A stretch of 64,000 nucleotides of DNA, taken from NCBI RefSeq assembly GCF_009914755.1, contig NC_060927.1; one strand, given 5' to 3'. Numbering within the stretch: the stretch's first letter is position 1; every line of letters begins with the position of its first letter. Shown in pieces: positions 32,901 through 48,461 of the stretch. A program made the translations under genes and the position numbers. The DNA is from the human T2T-CHM13v2.0 reference genome, Homo sapiens. Under the pieces are notes generated by a model. The model did not search any database, was not told where the DNA came from, and worked only from the letters and a program-made list of their open reading frames with translations.

Positions 32901-35900
32901 TGCATGCCCACCATTTATCTCAAGAGTAGAAAACTCTAATTCAGATAATAGGAATGTTTCATGAGGCCATGCTCTAGTTTACACAACTGTGAAAGTTCAA
33001 CAGAGGGTTACTGGAGTCACTATAAACACCATTTAATGTGGCAACCTTAATAATATAAGCAAGGTCAGAAATTTTAAAAAGGAAGAGAGGGAGGCGAAGA
33101 GAGGGAGGCAAGGGGTGGGGGAGGGAAGAAAAAGCAAAGAATGCAAGAAAAAAAAGAAAGTTAAAGAGTAGTGTTGTTTCTCCCTGTAAATGAACTTCTG
33201 TCCTGGAGTGACCAGGTGACTGGAGGCTGTTCTCCCACTAGTCTCTGTTTCACATGCATCCTGTTCCATGGAGTGTTAGATATTGCACAGATTAAGAGAA
33301 TTTCAAGGGAAATCTTGACCTCAAACAATTTTGTTTGCCTCATGTGCTTGAAAAGGAACTCATATGTAAGTTAGAACTCAACTGCACAAGTATTTTAAGA
33401 AAGAATTTTTCTCTCAGTCCTGGAAATAACTGGAAATAGTGGTTAGAAGTGAAACACAAACAGTAATTAGCCTTAGGGGTAAAAATATCCCTTCTACAAT
33501 TTTGTATCATTTAAAATCACCAGCACAAATACTTTCAGAGTAAGAAGCCTGAGAGTGCACGCTACAGAAGAGCTTATGATGTCCTATTACTGCTGTCACC
33601 AACAGAAATTCAAACGCAAAGATCACATGAAACACAGACCTCAAGTTACTACAGTGTTTGTTACAAAGCAAATGCTCAATGAAACTTTGAAAAGGGAAGA
33701 GAGGAAAGCAGAAAGGGAAGGAAAGCAAGAAGAAAAGGAAGGAAAAATGGGAAGAGAAAAGGAAAAAGGAAGAAAGGTAGGAAGGAAGAATGAAAAGTTG
33801 ATTTTGGTCTTTGGGAAAGTTTTGACAGCAATCTTTCACAACGAACATTTTACTATGTACTCTCAAATCACAAAGTTGGTGTACAATGGCAACAGGCAAT
33901 ACTACCCAGTGGAAAATATCTGATGCATTCTATCTGGAAACGATGGAGTCTCTCATAGGTTTCAAGAGAAGAAAAACAATTGCCATAGGTAAAACAGAAG
34001 TACTCTTTTCTAATCAGCAGCTCATAAAATTGCTGTAAGAATGTCTAAGCAATAATGAATAGAAAGTTTCTCTCACACAGGACTGGGAACTTACAGGACT
34101 TAATATATGTTAGTCATGTTTCATTACTCTTATAGAAAAGTTAGACATGTAGGGTAAATTGGACTGTCTTTTGACAAATTCCCAAAGCAAATATGGAAGG
34201 GTTTCAGTGCATCATTCAATTCCACAGTGGACCATGCTCAGATAGAAACGAGGATGTAGAAACAATGAATAAATGCATCCCAGTCGACAAAGTGTCAACA
34301 CATCCTACTCTGCTGCCCTGGTGTGTGAGTCTGAAAATAGTGAAGGGCATTGAAGTTATGTAGACTCTACTGCAGAACCAAGATAGGCTGAATGATAGAT
34401 CGCAACAGGTGGATATCTGATACATCAGGCCATGCAGAATTCCTAGTGGTCACTCGCATTCTAACTCTCTCTCAGCTCCAAGGGGCTCTCTCTGGAGGTT
34501 GGATCTCATCCACAAGGTTTTGGCCAGGATCCAGAAACATGTAATAGGAAAACTGGCAAAGGTCCCAACCCAGCCCATTAATGATCTGCAAATGGTACCC
34601 TTTAGATCAAATACTCAAGCCACAGGACTTGGAGGTGCAGCCTCACGTTTGTCTTCCAGAAACAATTATTTCACCATCGAGGTTCACTTGTGCTGCTTGC
34701 TAGAAATCATTCTCCTCTCCCCTTGGCTCCAGCACCCTCAGTCATAATTTCAAACACCTACTTGGAATTGCATCCCTAGACTCAAATTTACACATTCTCA
34801 TCTCCCTATAATGCACCCATTTCCAGCTCACTGCCATCAATCAGCAAGACTGCCAGACACTACTATCCCACTGCACCGATGTCAAAGCCACACCACCTCT
34901 CTATGGACAGACACATGCTGAGCAGAGGAGTACCTTTCTCAAATCTGCAACTCTGCTTCAATATGACCCTCACAAACACCCTCAACCCTCAGTAGGTTTT
35001 TCTTTTTCTCTCTTCTCCTTTACAGTATTTGTAGCCAAACACATTGTCTGCTGTACTGGGATAATCTGCAGAGAAACAACTGACTAACCTTTGGAATGCT
35101 TTTAAAATCTGTAGAACTAAGATACACACATGCTACCCAAAGATTTCATCCTCACTAAGGAATCAACAGTAATCTGAGAAATGTTCTGTTTGGAATGTTG
35201 AGTTTTTAAGTCCACTAACATGGCTTCTGAAATGGTAAAATAAAATGGCATCTTTACTTTCAACGAATGCTCTGGTCTGGAATAAGCACTGTATAATCAT
35301 CTGAGATTATAATTACATGGTCATTCAATTACAGTCACAGAGAGCCCCTGAGTTGTAAAAATTTATGAAAAAACAAAAGAACAAAACAACTTACCTTGTC
35401 AATAATATAGCGGTAGAATGTGCTTAACTCAACATCTGGGTTTTGATGGTGGGAAGCCACTTATTAATTATACAATTAGGTATCACAATTGTACAAGTAT
35501 ACAATTAGTAGGTATTATTTCCTGAATACCCACTGTGTTCAATCAGCGTGCCCCATATAAGGGAGGCACACATTGTCCCCTGTTTTAATTGCTTACTTTG
35601 CTGGGGACTTCAGTAACTTCACCAAGTCACAGGGGGAAATCACAATTTATAGAAAATGTATATGGAAAAAGGCTTCCTAATCTTTGCAAAAACAAAGAAT
35701 CTTTTGTTATATGTAATTAGTTTTTAAATAACTCATGGTAAATTCTCCACTTCTATCATAATCTACATCACCTAATAAATGTGATTTGCAAGTGAGAAAT
35801 ATTTATTGTGCTTTTCCACTCCAGTGGCGGCAGGGTGGGATATATGCTTGTTTCACTTTTCTTTTTTTCCTGCCCTCCTTGATGTTCAGTTCACTGTGAA

Positions 35901-36968
35901 GGTGTTGTTGACATCTTTGCCATTTTTTGCCAAAATGACTGCTCAAATTAAGGTAACTTGGGAAGTTACTGCCTGTAAAACAAATGGGGCGTCACTGAAA
36001 TGGCTATTCCTTGATTGTATTTCATTTGAAATTTAACAAAGTCAGAGAGATGGGTCCCACAAGCATACCTCTAGTAAAAGCTCCAGCTCTTACTTGCAAC
36101 GTATGTTATGCAGCAATTATGCTACCAAGCTGCCCAGAATTCTTTATCTGCATGCAAATTAGTTTATATGTGCTACAGCTGCCATTATGACAGTATTAAA
36201 GAAAGAATTTGGTAATGAAACTATCCTCTTTATGGAAATGCAGTTCAATTACCTTAATAACACATTGGACATACCTGCAATTGCTTATAAAGTGAAAAGC
36301 CCAATTCTCTCCTCACATGCCCAGACCACTGTATTTAACCCACCTTCTCATCACGTTAAATACAAGAACAACCAAGAGGGGGATTTCTAGGCTACCTTTT
36401 ACAGGCCTGACTCTTTCAGTGCTATGATGGGAGCATTCCCTCAACTGACATTGTGGGTAACTTGGTGATTAAACATTCCTACAATCCTCTAATAGTTAAA
36501 AAATTAAACGGTCATCCAACCCACAGCTGTTAGCGCCCAGTTTTGCCATCAATCATTAACAGTAACTCCTGGGACCTTCAAAGGCCACCAGCAGGCAGGA
36601 GTGAGAAAGGAAAAAAGAATATTAAGTCCTTAATTCCAGGCCTGAAAGATACATATAAAGCAAAGAAAGCAGGCTTTAAAAAACTCTAGAATGGTTATGA
36701 TATTTTAGGAAGGCTAAGATTCACGTATCTTCTCTTCTTCCATTGGTGATTGTCTTGACTTCTCAAACAGCCAACCTAAATCACTGCTTTTAGGCTGAGA
36801 TTGCAGAGGATGAGCAACAGCTCCTTTGTCACACCAGTGGCTCCTTTTAGGAAGCAAAGACCCAGCCCTTAACACTGGCATTTCCACAGCTTGCCGAACT
36901 TGGGATGCTACCATAAGAGCACTGAGTCTCACACCTAACTTACATTGTTCAGAGTTAATTATATTTCA

Positions 36969-37595
<627 letters not shown>

Positions 37596-38434
37596 GTTAA
37601 TTATATTTAAGAGAGATCATAAGAAGTACCAATTGGCAATTTTTTAAAAAGTGGGGTGGGGAGTACTGATCTTCACATAAAACAAAGGCATTTTTACAGA
37701 CTGCTTTTTTTCAGTTGGGTGAAAGACTACAAAGATTTTAAGAGTATCATAAGTTAACAAAAAATGGCTTTTTAATTTCTCCTTGCTCCACTGCTATCAT
37801 TTACATCAAGAAAAAAACTGAAACACCTTGAAAAAGGTGTTCTGAAATTTAGACTGAAAACTAACAGAAGCACTTTATTTTTACCTCGCTTTTCTTTCAC
37901 TCCACGTCAACTGTCACAAATTGATATAACATTGCAAAATTCATCCAATATTGCAAAATTTATCTAAGCGTTTCTCAAAACTAAGATTTTCAACACAGCG
38001 AAATTGCTGTCAAACATGGTGCTACTTTACATAGCCGAAGTCCTTCATTCATTCATGGAAGAGATTCAATAGATACACCATGGCAGGACAGGGACTAGGG
38101 CCTAAAGTCACCATGGATATATAAGGAGATGTAGTGTCTGTCCCCATGGAGTGGAAACTCCAATGAACTTATACCTCTCTTTAGTAAGATACAAGGCGGG
38201 TCACAGAACCATCTGCATCTCAATTTCTGAACCTGTAATGTGAAGAAAATATCACCTATCACAAAGGGCTGTTGTGATCATTTCAATTTGATAATCTATA
38301 AGAGTTAAGCACTTTGCAGGATGTGTAGCAGAGAACAAATGCTCAGCAAATGTCAACTCCCAATATTTCCCCTCTTCTCAAGGTAAAAACTGGCCCCTGT
38401 ACCAAAACATTATTTTACCATTCAAAATACTATG

Positions 38435-38755
38435 GAGTCAGGCGTAGTGGCTCACACCTGGAATCCTAACACTTTGGGAGGCCAAGACAGGAGGATTGCT
38501 TGAGCCCAGAAGTTTGAGACCAGCCTGGACAATAGAGTGAGAACTTGTCCCTACAAAAAAATTTAAAAATTAGCCAAGCATTGTGGCACACATCTCTAGT
38601 CTCAGCTACTCAGAAGCTGAGGTGAGAGAATCACTGGAACCCTGAAAGCAGAGGTTACAGTGAGCTGAGACTGCACCACTGCACTCCAGCCTGGGCAACA
38701 GATGGAGACCCTGTTTCAAAACCAACCAACCAACCAACAAAAAACAAAAACAAAA
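38435..38755 (+). mobile_element. AluJ
   Basis: Diverged dimer, (CAAC)n/A tail. Confidence 0.9.
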
Positions 38756-38904
38756 TATTGTCATTAAGTAATGCCTAATTGGTAAATATTCTTTTTTTAA
38801 AATAAAAAAAAAAAGCCTTGGACTTTCTGCTCCCAGGTTAAAAGAAAGAGATTTTGAGTAGATACTTTTCACATTTTGGGAAAATACACTTAGCATAAAA
38901 GTCA

Positions 38905-39410
38905 TCATTTGAGCAATTTTAAATTGTATAATTCAGTGACAGTACATTCATAATGTTGTCCAACCATCATCACTATCTAGTTCTGGAACATTTCATCACC
39001 ACAAACAGAAACTCCATACCCATTAAGCATTAATTCCCTGTTCTCCTCTCCCCCAAGTTCCTGGCAACTACTATGAATTTGCTTATTCTGGATATTTCAT
39101 ACAAATGGAATGATACAATATGTACCCATTTGTGCCTGTCTTCCTGCAGTGTGATGTTTCTTATAGTGAAACGTTTTCAAGGCATGTAATGTGGCATGTA
39201 TCGGTACTTAATTCCTTTTCATGGCTGAGCAGTTGTATTCTCTCACATGGATATACCACGCTTTGTTTATCTATTCATCAGTTGATGGACATTTAAGTTG
39301 TTTCCAACTTTTGGCTACTGTGAATTATGTGCAGTTATGAACATTCATGTATGAGTTTCTATTTAAAAATCTTTTCAATTCTTATGAGTACATACCTAGG
39401 AGTGAAATAG
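38905..39410 (-). mobile_element. L1MB-type 3' fragment
   Basis: caaccatcatcactatctagtt...catcagttgatggacatttaagttgtttcca...atacctaggagtgaaat. Confidence 0.8.
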
Positions 39411-40044
39411 ATTTTACCTATGTATACACACACATAGATAATATATGGATACAGACATAACACACATAAAAATGTATATACACATATAATATATACACAT
39501 ATATACATAAATATAATATACACACAGTAGCTCATTTCTGCAGTAGTAAGCCTTTGCTATACTTGCCTGGTTAAGGCCTTTCCCTCTCTTTCTCCATCAT
39601 TAGCTGATCTTGACCCTCTCCCACCTTCACATTTGGAATGTCTTAAATGACTTTAAGTCCTCTCCATATCCCACCTGTTTACATATTACCCATATATGTG
39701 TGAGAGTGCCTAGCTAGGGATTCAGTAGGTATTTGTTGGAAAAAAAATGCATGAATGAATGAATGAAGCAATACCTTGCATATAGCACAAATACAGCAAG
39801 CACCTGTAGCAAGATCAACGCCATAATCATATCCAAGGTTAAAATAGAGAAGGTGATCCCTAGTGTTCAGAGTGCTACTTTGAATGTCACTTTCTGGATA
39901 CCTGTCATTAATGTCATCCATGTCACTGAATTAGGCGAGTGCTAATTCATCCATGTCACTGAATTAGGCGAGTCTTTCACTCCTTTTCTCCATCACAAAC
40001 TCCTCCAGAACCATATAGCACAGTGGCTAAAAATATAGGTTTGG

Positions 40045-40276
40045 AGAGGCTGAGGTAGGTGTATTGCTTGAGCCCAGGAGTTCTAGACTAGCCTGGGCAA
40101 TGTAATGAGACCCCGTCTCTACAAAAAATACCAAAATTACCCGGGTGTGGTGGTGTGTGCCTGTAGTTCCAGCTGCTACTGGAGAGACTGAGGTGGGAGG
40201 ATTGCTTCAGCCCAGGAGGCAGAGGTTGCAATGAGCCAAGATTGCACACGACTCCAGCCTGGGCAACACAGCAAGA
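40045..40276 (+). mobile_element. AluJ (5'-truncated)
   Basis: Diverged Alu arms. Confidence 0.88.
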
Positions 40277-40296
40277 CACACACGTATGTGTGTGTG

Positions 40297-40333
<37 letters not shown>

Positions 40334-40477
40334 CATATATATATACGTGTATATATATACACATATACACGTGTATATATATACACACGTATATATATAT
40401 ACACATATATATACACGTATATATATATACACATATATATACACGTATATATATATATACACACATATATATACACG

Positions 40478-40524
<47 letters not shown>
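40277..40524. repeat. Complex (TG)n-(TA/TACACG)n-(CA)n-(TA)n repeat at the end of an Alu
   Basis: Directly visible, almost uninterrupted alternating purine-pyrimidine tract. Confidence 0.95.
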
Positions 40525-43500
40525 GGAGAGAGAGAAAGAGGAGGGGTGGGGTTTGGAGAAAAACAGCCCAGTGTTGGAATCCGCATTGGCTCTGTTATTA
40601 TTCGTAGTTCCCATAAATTTCTATTTGCATCTCTGAAAAATAAGGACAATAATCCCCATGCTTTGAAGTTGCTATGAGAATTAAATGACATAAGTCATGT
40701 GTAATGCTTAACAAAGTGCCTGGCCCACAGATTAATGGTACTGCTTACCATTAATTAAGTAGGTTCCTAGCATAAGCAAAATCTCTTTTTTTACATTAAA
40801 TTCTCTCAGGACACAAAAAAAAAATCTGAAAAAAATCAACCCCAAATGCTCCAATCCAGACCTACAGCTTTATATCAATATACTAATGGATCTCAAATTG
40901 TATCTCAAATTTATAGCTAGGGTTGTCATCTGAGCAACAGGCTTGCCTATCATCCAACTGCCTACATGAAATCTCCACTTAGACCCGTAAGAGACAGCTT
41001 AGAATTAATACAGTGCATGCCTAATATATTATCGTCAGGGGAACTCGGGTGAAGGGTACACAGGAACTCTACTATGCTTGCAACTTTATATGAGTCAAAC
41101 TATTTCAAAATTTAAAGTTATAATATTTATTTAAAATAATAGTTATAACACACAATTATTATTTACAGTATAATACTTATTTCTAGTAATAATAAGATTA
41201 ACATTCTCAAACTGAACTACTATAGGTTTGCTCTCTGGCTCCAATTCCCTATCCATCTTTGTAAATGAACCACTGTCCAAACAATTGCTCAGATGAAGCA
41301 CTTAGGGCATCACCCTCAAGTGGAATAAAATAGCATTAAGAACATACACGCCTTGGGGCCAGACTGCTGGGTTTGAGTCATGGCTCTTCCAGTTTCCAGC
41401 TAAGTGACCTCAGGCCAGTTCCCCGACTTTTCTATATTTCAGTTTCCCCATCCATAAAATGAGAATAAATAGAACCTATAGCACACAGTTATTATACAGA
41501 TTAAAAGAGTGAGTTAATACACTAAAGTGCTTCAAATGGTCCACTTCTCATTGTAAGTTTTCAGTAAAGAATTAGCCATCACTATTATTATTTTCCCTTA
41601 GCCCTGCACTTACATCCCACATGTATTCTAAACCTGACCACTTCTCACTCTCTCAGCTGCCAACAACTCTAGTATAACCCCACCACCATCATCAATTCCT
41701 ATAAATCCGTACAGTTCCAATCATATCTCTGTTCCCAGCCTTCTCCTTCTAGGATTCATTTTCTGTAATAGTTAGAGAAAACTTTCTAAATCCTAAACCA
41801 AATCATCTTATCTTTTACTCCAATGGTTTCTATTCAACGTTCCAATCATTTCCTATTGGGAGCAATTTTTTTGAAAAACTCTTAATAATGGCCTAAAAAG
41901 TTCTCTATGATCTCACTCCTGCTTTCTTCTCTGACCTCATCTGCTTTTGTTCTCTTCACTAAGACACAATGGCTTTGAGCATGCCAAAGCTTTTGCACTT
42001 GCTGTTTGTGGCATGGACTGCGACTTAATCTCCAACATTCATTCTCCCGTGCTTTCGAACACTCAATTTGTCAGGGCCACATGATGCCCTGGAATACAGA
42101 CTACATATGTGGCCTACCGGCAGCTAGACATAACCAAACAATTACATTCTATCAATGGGATCTAAGCAGAAGTATGTGTAACTTTCAGGAAAAGACCTTA
42201 AATAGAGAAGGCACATCTCTCTTTTGCTCTTTCTGGGTCAGACTGGCTACAGTGCAAAAACAGCAGCCCAAGCTTGGAGCGTGTGTTTGGAAAAATGCAA
42301 TTAACAAGAGAGAAGGAGCCAAAATCTGTGGAGGGAAAGGCAAAACTACAGAAGGAATCTGGGTCCAGGTGATCATCAAGCTGCATCATCAGCTCTAGGT
42401 TACTTACCTTGGAGAAGAAGAAACATACAATGCACTCCTATCCTGTAAGCTGCTTTAATTTATGATCATTCCCCTTTTCTTTGCAGAGCAATTTTCCCCA
42501 TGGATCCATGTGTGGCTGCCTCCTTCTCACCGGTCAAGTCTCCCCTCAAATGGCACAACGTTAGGGGTGTCGCTGGTTTAGCAGGACCGTCTCTCTCTCC
42601 TGATCTATACCACGTGACTCTATGCTTTCTTGTTTGCAGCATGTGATAGCACAGGAATTCTTTATCTACTTTGTAAATGTCTGCCTCCTTCCACCTAAAG
42701 ATAAACTTTTGGGGGGCATCCACTGTAGCCCCGCACACTTAGAACAGCTCCTGGATTGCAAAAAGAATGCAATCCCTATTTTTTGACTGGCTTACTTATG
42801 GTATGTTGAATGACCTGGCTTTGTGTTTCTTCCAAATCCTGGGTGGTTTTCCTTCTCATCTCAAATTAGTAGATTTAACTCAGTCCAACATTTACGGAGC
42901 ACTTATTGGGTGGAGACACTGTGGTAGACACTGGAGAAATAAAGACCAAAGGAGGTGTGGTCACTGACCCCAGGGGCTTCATAGTAACACTGCAATCTGC
43001 TCTTCTCATCACAGAATCAAATACTGAAGGAATAGATAAGCTGACAGTAACTTTTGCGTTGTGTTTACTTAGGAAGAAACTCAGACTGTACCCGTAATTG
43101 TCATTTTTGGATCCATTTCTTAAACACACTGCAATCATTACTTTAGTGTTGTGACTATCACAAAATATTGACAACTTCCAAAATACAGTTTCAAAAGGTC
43201 ATTAAATACGTAATTATTGAAAAATTCCATCGGTGTACCATGATCGCCTCAAAATCACTTTCTAGAATTCAAAGACTTTCACTACCCTCTGAGGAAAGTG
43301 ACATGTAGAATTCTACCAAAACCATGTAGAAAGCTATATACAGAGTTCTTTTAACAAGACCAAATATTCCCCCAATGAGGCAGCTTCTAAAAGATCTCCT
43401 CTATCAAAACATTCTCTGAGCATTAGAATCCATGTGGTTAAGACCATTTCTTGGTGGAGGCTTTAAAAATTCAACCTGCAAAGTCTCATGAAATCATCCC

Positions 43501-43859
43501 AAATATTACATCCATCCAATCCAAAATTCTCCACTACTAGGTAAGATCATTCATGAAACCTTATATGGCTTATGTAAATTCTAGACTCAGAATGTTTTAT
43601 AAAAAGCACAAGCACTAGCTTAGAGGTGGATTCTCTGGCCATACTCAAGACTGGAGATGACTGAAGCCTGACAGCTTGATTGCAAGCTTGTGAGACAGAG
43701 AACTACCCAGAACTACCTAAGCCAGATTATGGATTCCTGTTCCTGGATTCCTGACCCTTAGAAACCTGGTGAGAGAATAAATGTTTGTTGTATGTTTGTG
43801 TGTGTGTGTTTCTACAGCATGATCACTGGCAGTCCTATTTCCAAATTATACACATACCA

Positions 43860-44160
43860 TAAGTGCAGGGCTCATGCCTGTAATCCCAGCACTTTAGGAG
43901 GCCAAGGTGGTAGGATCATTTGAGTCCAGGAATTTGGGACCAGCCTGGGCAAGATGGCAAAACCTCATCTCTACAAAAATAAATAAATAAATGAAAATCA
44001 GCCAGGCGTAGTGGTGCACACCGGTAGTCCCAGATACTCAGGAGGCCGAGGTGGAGGATTATCTGAGCCCAGGAGTTCAAGGCTGCAGTGAGCTGTGAAT
44101 ATACTGCTGCACTCCAGCCTCGGTGAGAGAGTGAGACCCTGTCTCTAAAAAAGAAAAAAA
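43860..44160 (+). mobile_element. AluJ
   Basis: Diverged Alu dimer with A tail. Confidence 0.9.
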
Positions 44161-47100
44161 GAGTGTGGGATTTGGAAAGAGAGAGAGATCAGAGTTTGAA
44201 ACTAGCCCAAGCCATGTTACTTGGGCAAGTGTCTGCATAACCATTCCATGCCACAGTTCGCTGAGAGCTAACATGACAAACAAACAAGATCAGGAAGTGA
44301 GACCACAGTGCCTGGCATACACATACAGTAAGCACTCAATTCACATTGACTGTGATGTCAGTGAGAACACTGACGATGATGGCAAGAGAGCACCAAGATT
44401 TGAACCCAGGTCTGGCTGCCTCCAAATTCAATCCCATTTCACTATTTCTTGTTCAGTTTTTTCATTCTTGGCCACCAATCCAGGGCATCAGTAGGAGGTT
44501 TCAGCTCTGATTTCTAAGGCATGGATGCTGCCGAGCCTCTACGGGGTGAGTTTGTTCAACCCCATCACCATGGCAGGTAATTTGTGCAACAGAAAGGATA
44601 GAGATTGAATGGAGGGGAAGTGCCAACTCTCCATGTGGGGGACAAGGCACCATATGGCCCAGCAATTAGGAAGGAAGAAGACTGCCAAGGACAAAAATAA
44701 CTCTGGCAGAATCCAACACGGCTGGTAGAAGTCAGCCCAGGTCAGCTCCTTCTTGGTGGTGTTGTTCTTGTTCCCCAAGGGACTCTACTGACACTCCTTA
44801 CCATGAATTTGAAAAAGATATGAAAGAGGAAAAGGAAGTCTGATGATAGTGGAGAGTTCTAATACCAGCTCATTAAAACAATTTTCCTTTTTCCTAAAAG
44901 CCTGGTGCAGGAATAGCTCTTCAAAGGGAAGATGTGCTTCAAGAGATTATTGTTAACTTTGAAGAAGCTTAACAACCTCACTCTCCTTGTCTCTAAAAGA
45001 AGGCAGGTGAACTAAATGAGATGCCTTGTCTCTTGCAGCTCTGAAATAAGCTGTTGACTCCAGTCAATAAGCCAGAGATAGCAACAGGAAGAGGAAGAAG
45101 GAAGCTGTATAGATTCAACCCTACCCATTTTCTACGAGTAAAGTTTGTGTTCAAGAAAAAGAACAGGGAACAAGGACTCAGTGAATTTCTGTAAGAATTC
45201 AGGCATGCTTCACACCAGGAAAACAATGAACACCGTACTCTTTCAAATCTAAAAAGCAATCCAAATGTTCAGTTTCTTTCTCTTCTAATGGAATGAAACT
45301 ATCAGTGGCATTCAAATACCATCACTCATTCAGCTGAAAGCTGTTTTATGCATGTAACTACAAGGGGATGATTCAAAGGAAAAAATGTAAGGTTTTATTT
45401 GGCAAAATGAAAATTAATATTTCTTAAAATAGAGATCAGTTAGGTAACCTCTATCTTAATTATGACACTTCAGTATTTTTTCTTGACAGCTTAAAGTCAA
45501 AATCACCCTTCATTGCTGTTTCTTTGGTTAAACAGCAGCTGAGGAAGCTGGCTTGAGTTTAAGGACCATGTTGAATTTTTTAAAATATAGAGTAAGACAC
45601 TAGAATAAACACCCACTTGGTGAGGTGCTCACACCATGAGGGGCACATGGGAACTGAAAACAAATGGAGAAATCCAACTCATGACTAAACTCCTGTTCAC
45701 TTTGGGACCTTTACACACCATATGCAAAGGCAGCTGGCATGGACTGTGTTATTTACATTTATACGTTTTCCCCTGAACTTTAAGTTAGTACACACTGTTG
45801 ATTTGGTGTCTGTTACATACATATATACTGATGTTTCCCTGTATATTTTTGTTGTTTTTCTAATCTTATCACCCCTACTAAGCTACAAGTTCTGTGAAGC
45901 CTAGATTCACCTTTGTATAATAACTCCTAGCATACTATAGATTCCTAGCTTCTAGAACTTCCCATATCGGAAGGTCTCAGGAAACCTGCATGGGATAATA
46001 TGAATGAAAATAAAAAGTGACCTGGATACATACATATCTCTCTCCCTGAAATATTGCTAGAGCATACCCTTCCTGGGTATTTGTACAAAAAAGATAATGA
46101 GCATTCTGGCTGGCTCCTTTGCAACAGTTATAAAGGCAAAAGGAATAAAAAAAGGATTCCAGGGTCTTTTCAAAGGAGCTAATACGGTAGGGTGAGATTT
46201 ATATTAGAAATGCACTGTTTCAGTCTATCTAGTCACTATTACCCATTTTCTGGCCACCAGTTCCCAGCTCCTGAGGTGCATGTGACCCTGAGCAAGCTAA
46301 TCAGCATGATCCATTCTCTAGTCAAAGTGTTCAGGGCTGGCCATATGATCCTGGTTAATCTAACCAGATTCAATCTTGGGACATTGGTTGTAACCATTGA
46401 GAAAAAGGAGAAAAAGAAATTCACTTTTCATGAAGGATGCTAAGCTTCAAGGATGGGACTCTAACACTGCTAGGAACAATCCTCTTCCCACCAGAGATAA
46501 GACTGAGAATGGCACCAATACAGCAGAGGGCAGAAGACAGATACAAGGACAGATTGCTAACATGGTTTGGGTACCCAGAGCCAGCCATGCCCGTAGGTAG
46601 TTTATCTTTGGACGTTTTCATTAGGTAAGCACATAAATTCTCTTTTCTGTTTGAGTATGAATTCTTCTGGCTATGACAATGGAATGAATTTTAAGTGAAA
46701 TAGAAGTGTTACGGGGGATTGCACAGGCTCATAAAACTCAAGTCCTTTACAATATATCCCAACCTACGCTGTCTAACCTCCTCTGCCATCATCCCTCATC
46801 CATTCTGTGAATTTAAGTTCTAAATGCACTCCACTATACACTGTCCGTGAATAGATCAAACACATTTATTCCAACATGCCTTTGCTCAAGCTATTACCTC
46901 TCCCTATGAGATCTTTCCTTCTTTCTCTGCCCAGGAAACTCCTATTGATCCTACAAAGCCCGTTTTTCTGTGGAAGCCATACCATTCATAAGCAGGAGCA
47001 GGCACTCCCTTCTCCATGTTCCCTTTCACTCCTTTCTCTGTGTTCCCTTTTGCATTTTCCCCATAATTTATGGCACCTTGTAGCATTTGCCACATTGGCT

Positions 47101-47496
47101 CACTGTTATTTATTCATGTGTTTCTCCCCAAACTGTAACTTATTCATCTTTATCTCCTCATAGTTTAATGTTCAATAAGTGAGAAGGAGGAAAGAATGGC
47201 AGTGGGGGAATGTTATGGTCATGCAGGGCAAAGAAGGATAGACTCTGAACAAGAGTCTTCAGAACTTGGGTATACCTTGCAATAAAAACAATAATCAGGA
47301 AATCATTGCTGGATTAAAAATGACCTCCCAACTTTTCGCCTTCCACTGAAAAAAATCACTAGATTTTTTAAGTGAATGCAAAGGAAACAATTGTTATTTA
47401 ATAGTCAAATTAGGATCTCATGCTGTTCCCCAACCCCCTGAAAATTACACATTTAAAGAGAAAGATTATGAAGATAATTATCTTTTAAATGTATCA

Positions 47497-47820
<324 letters not shown>

Positions 47821-48461
47821 TGTAAACAGTTATGTTTACAACACCCTCTGCCTTTTCCACTAACTTATAGGTTGGAGTATAAGGATAAAACCAGAAGACA
47901 GCACTATTGGGAACCAGAAAAACAATGACCTCAAGACTTGTAAATTCTCCATATAAACAACAAAATACCACAGCTAAGAATAATGCTTTAAGTGGCATGG
48001 ACTCAGGGGATATTCTCTGGCCAGATTAAAAGATACACACCATCCTTCCATGTGGTGATAAAAAACACTGATCTCTATCTACCTCCTTCTCTGTCATCCA
48101 AAAACATTTTTCTCATGTGTTCAGCATTTTCTAAAACAAGTAACTATGCAGAAATCAATTCCCTACAGTTAAATTTATACCAAGTTAGGCTGGCATTGAA
48201 CTGCAATATACCAAAGCTCTTAGAAATCTGGCAAATACAATATGAAGGATATCAAAAGAAGCCTGTAATTGAGCTGAAAAATTAATTATAGCCCTAATGT
48301 GATTCTCTTCAATCAGGAAGGTCCACTAGATGCCATGCTCTCATCTAACCCTCAGAGCAACATTAATATCCACACCAGACGGACAGGAAGGGCAGCAGTC
48401 AGACCCAGAGCAGACTCGTTTCTCTGTTCGTTCCTCAACATTTTTCTTTTATTAACTAAGA

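Noticed and set aside
33507-33923. 122- and 130-aa ORFs
   Set aside because: Produced by a low-complexity GA-rich tract next to an L2-like tail.
35388-35400. Consensus minus-strand donor CAAG|GTAAGT
   Set aside because: No convincing paired acceptor or reading frame seen; such motifs occur by chance in 60 kb.
40088-40691. Six overlapping 116-171 aa ORFs
   Set aside because: Artefact of a stop-free TA/CA/TG repeat.
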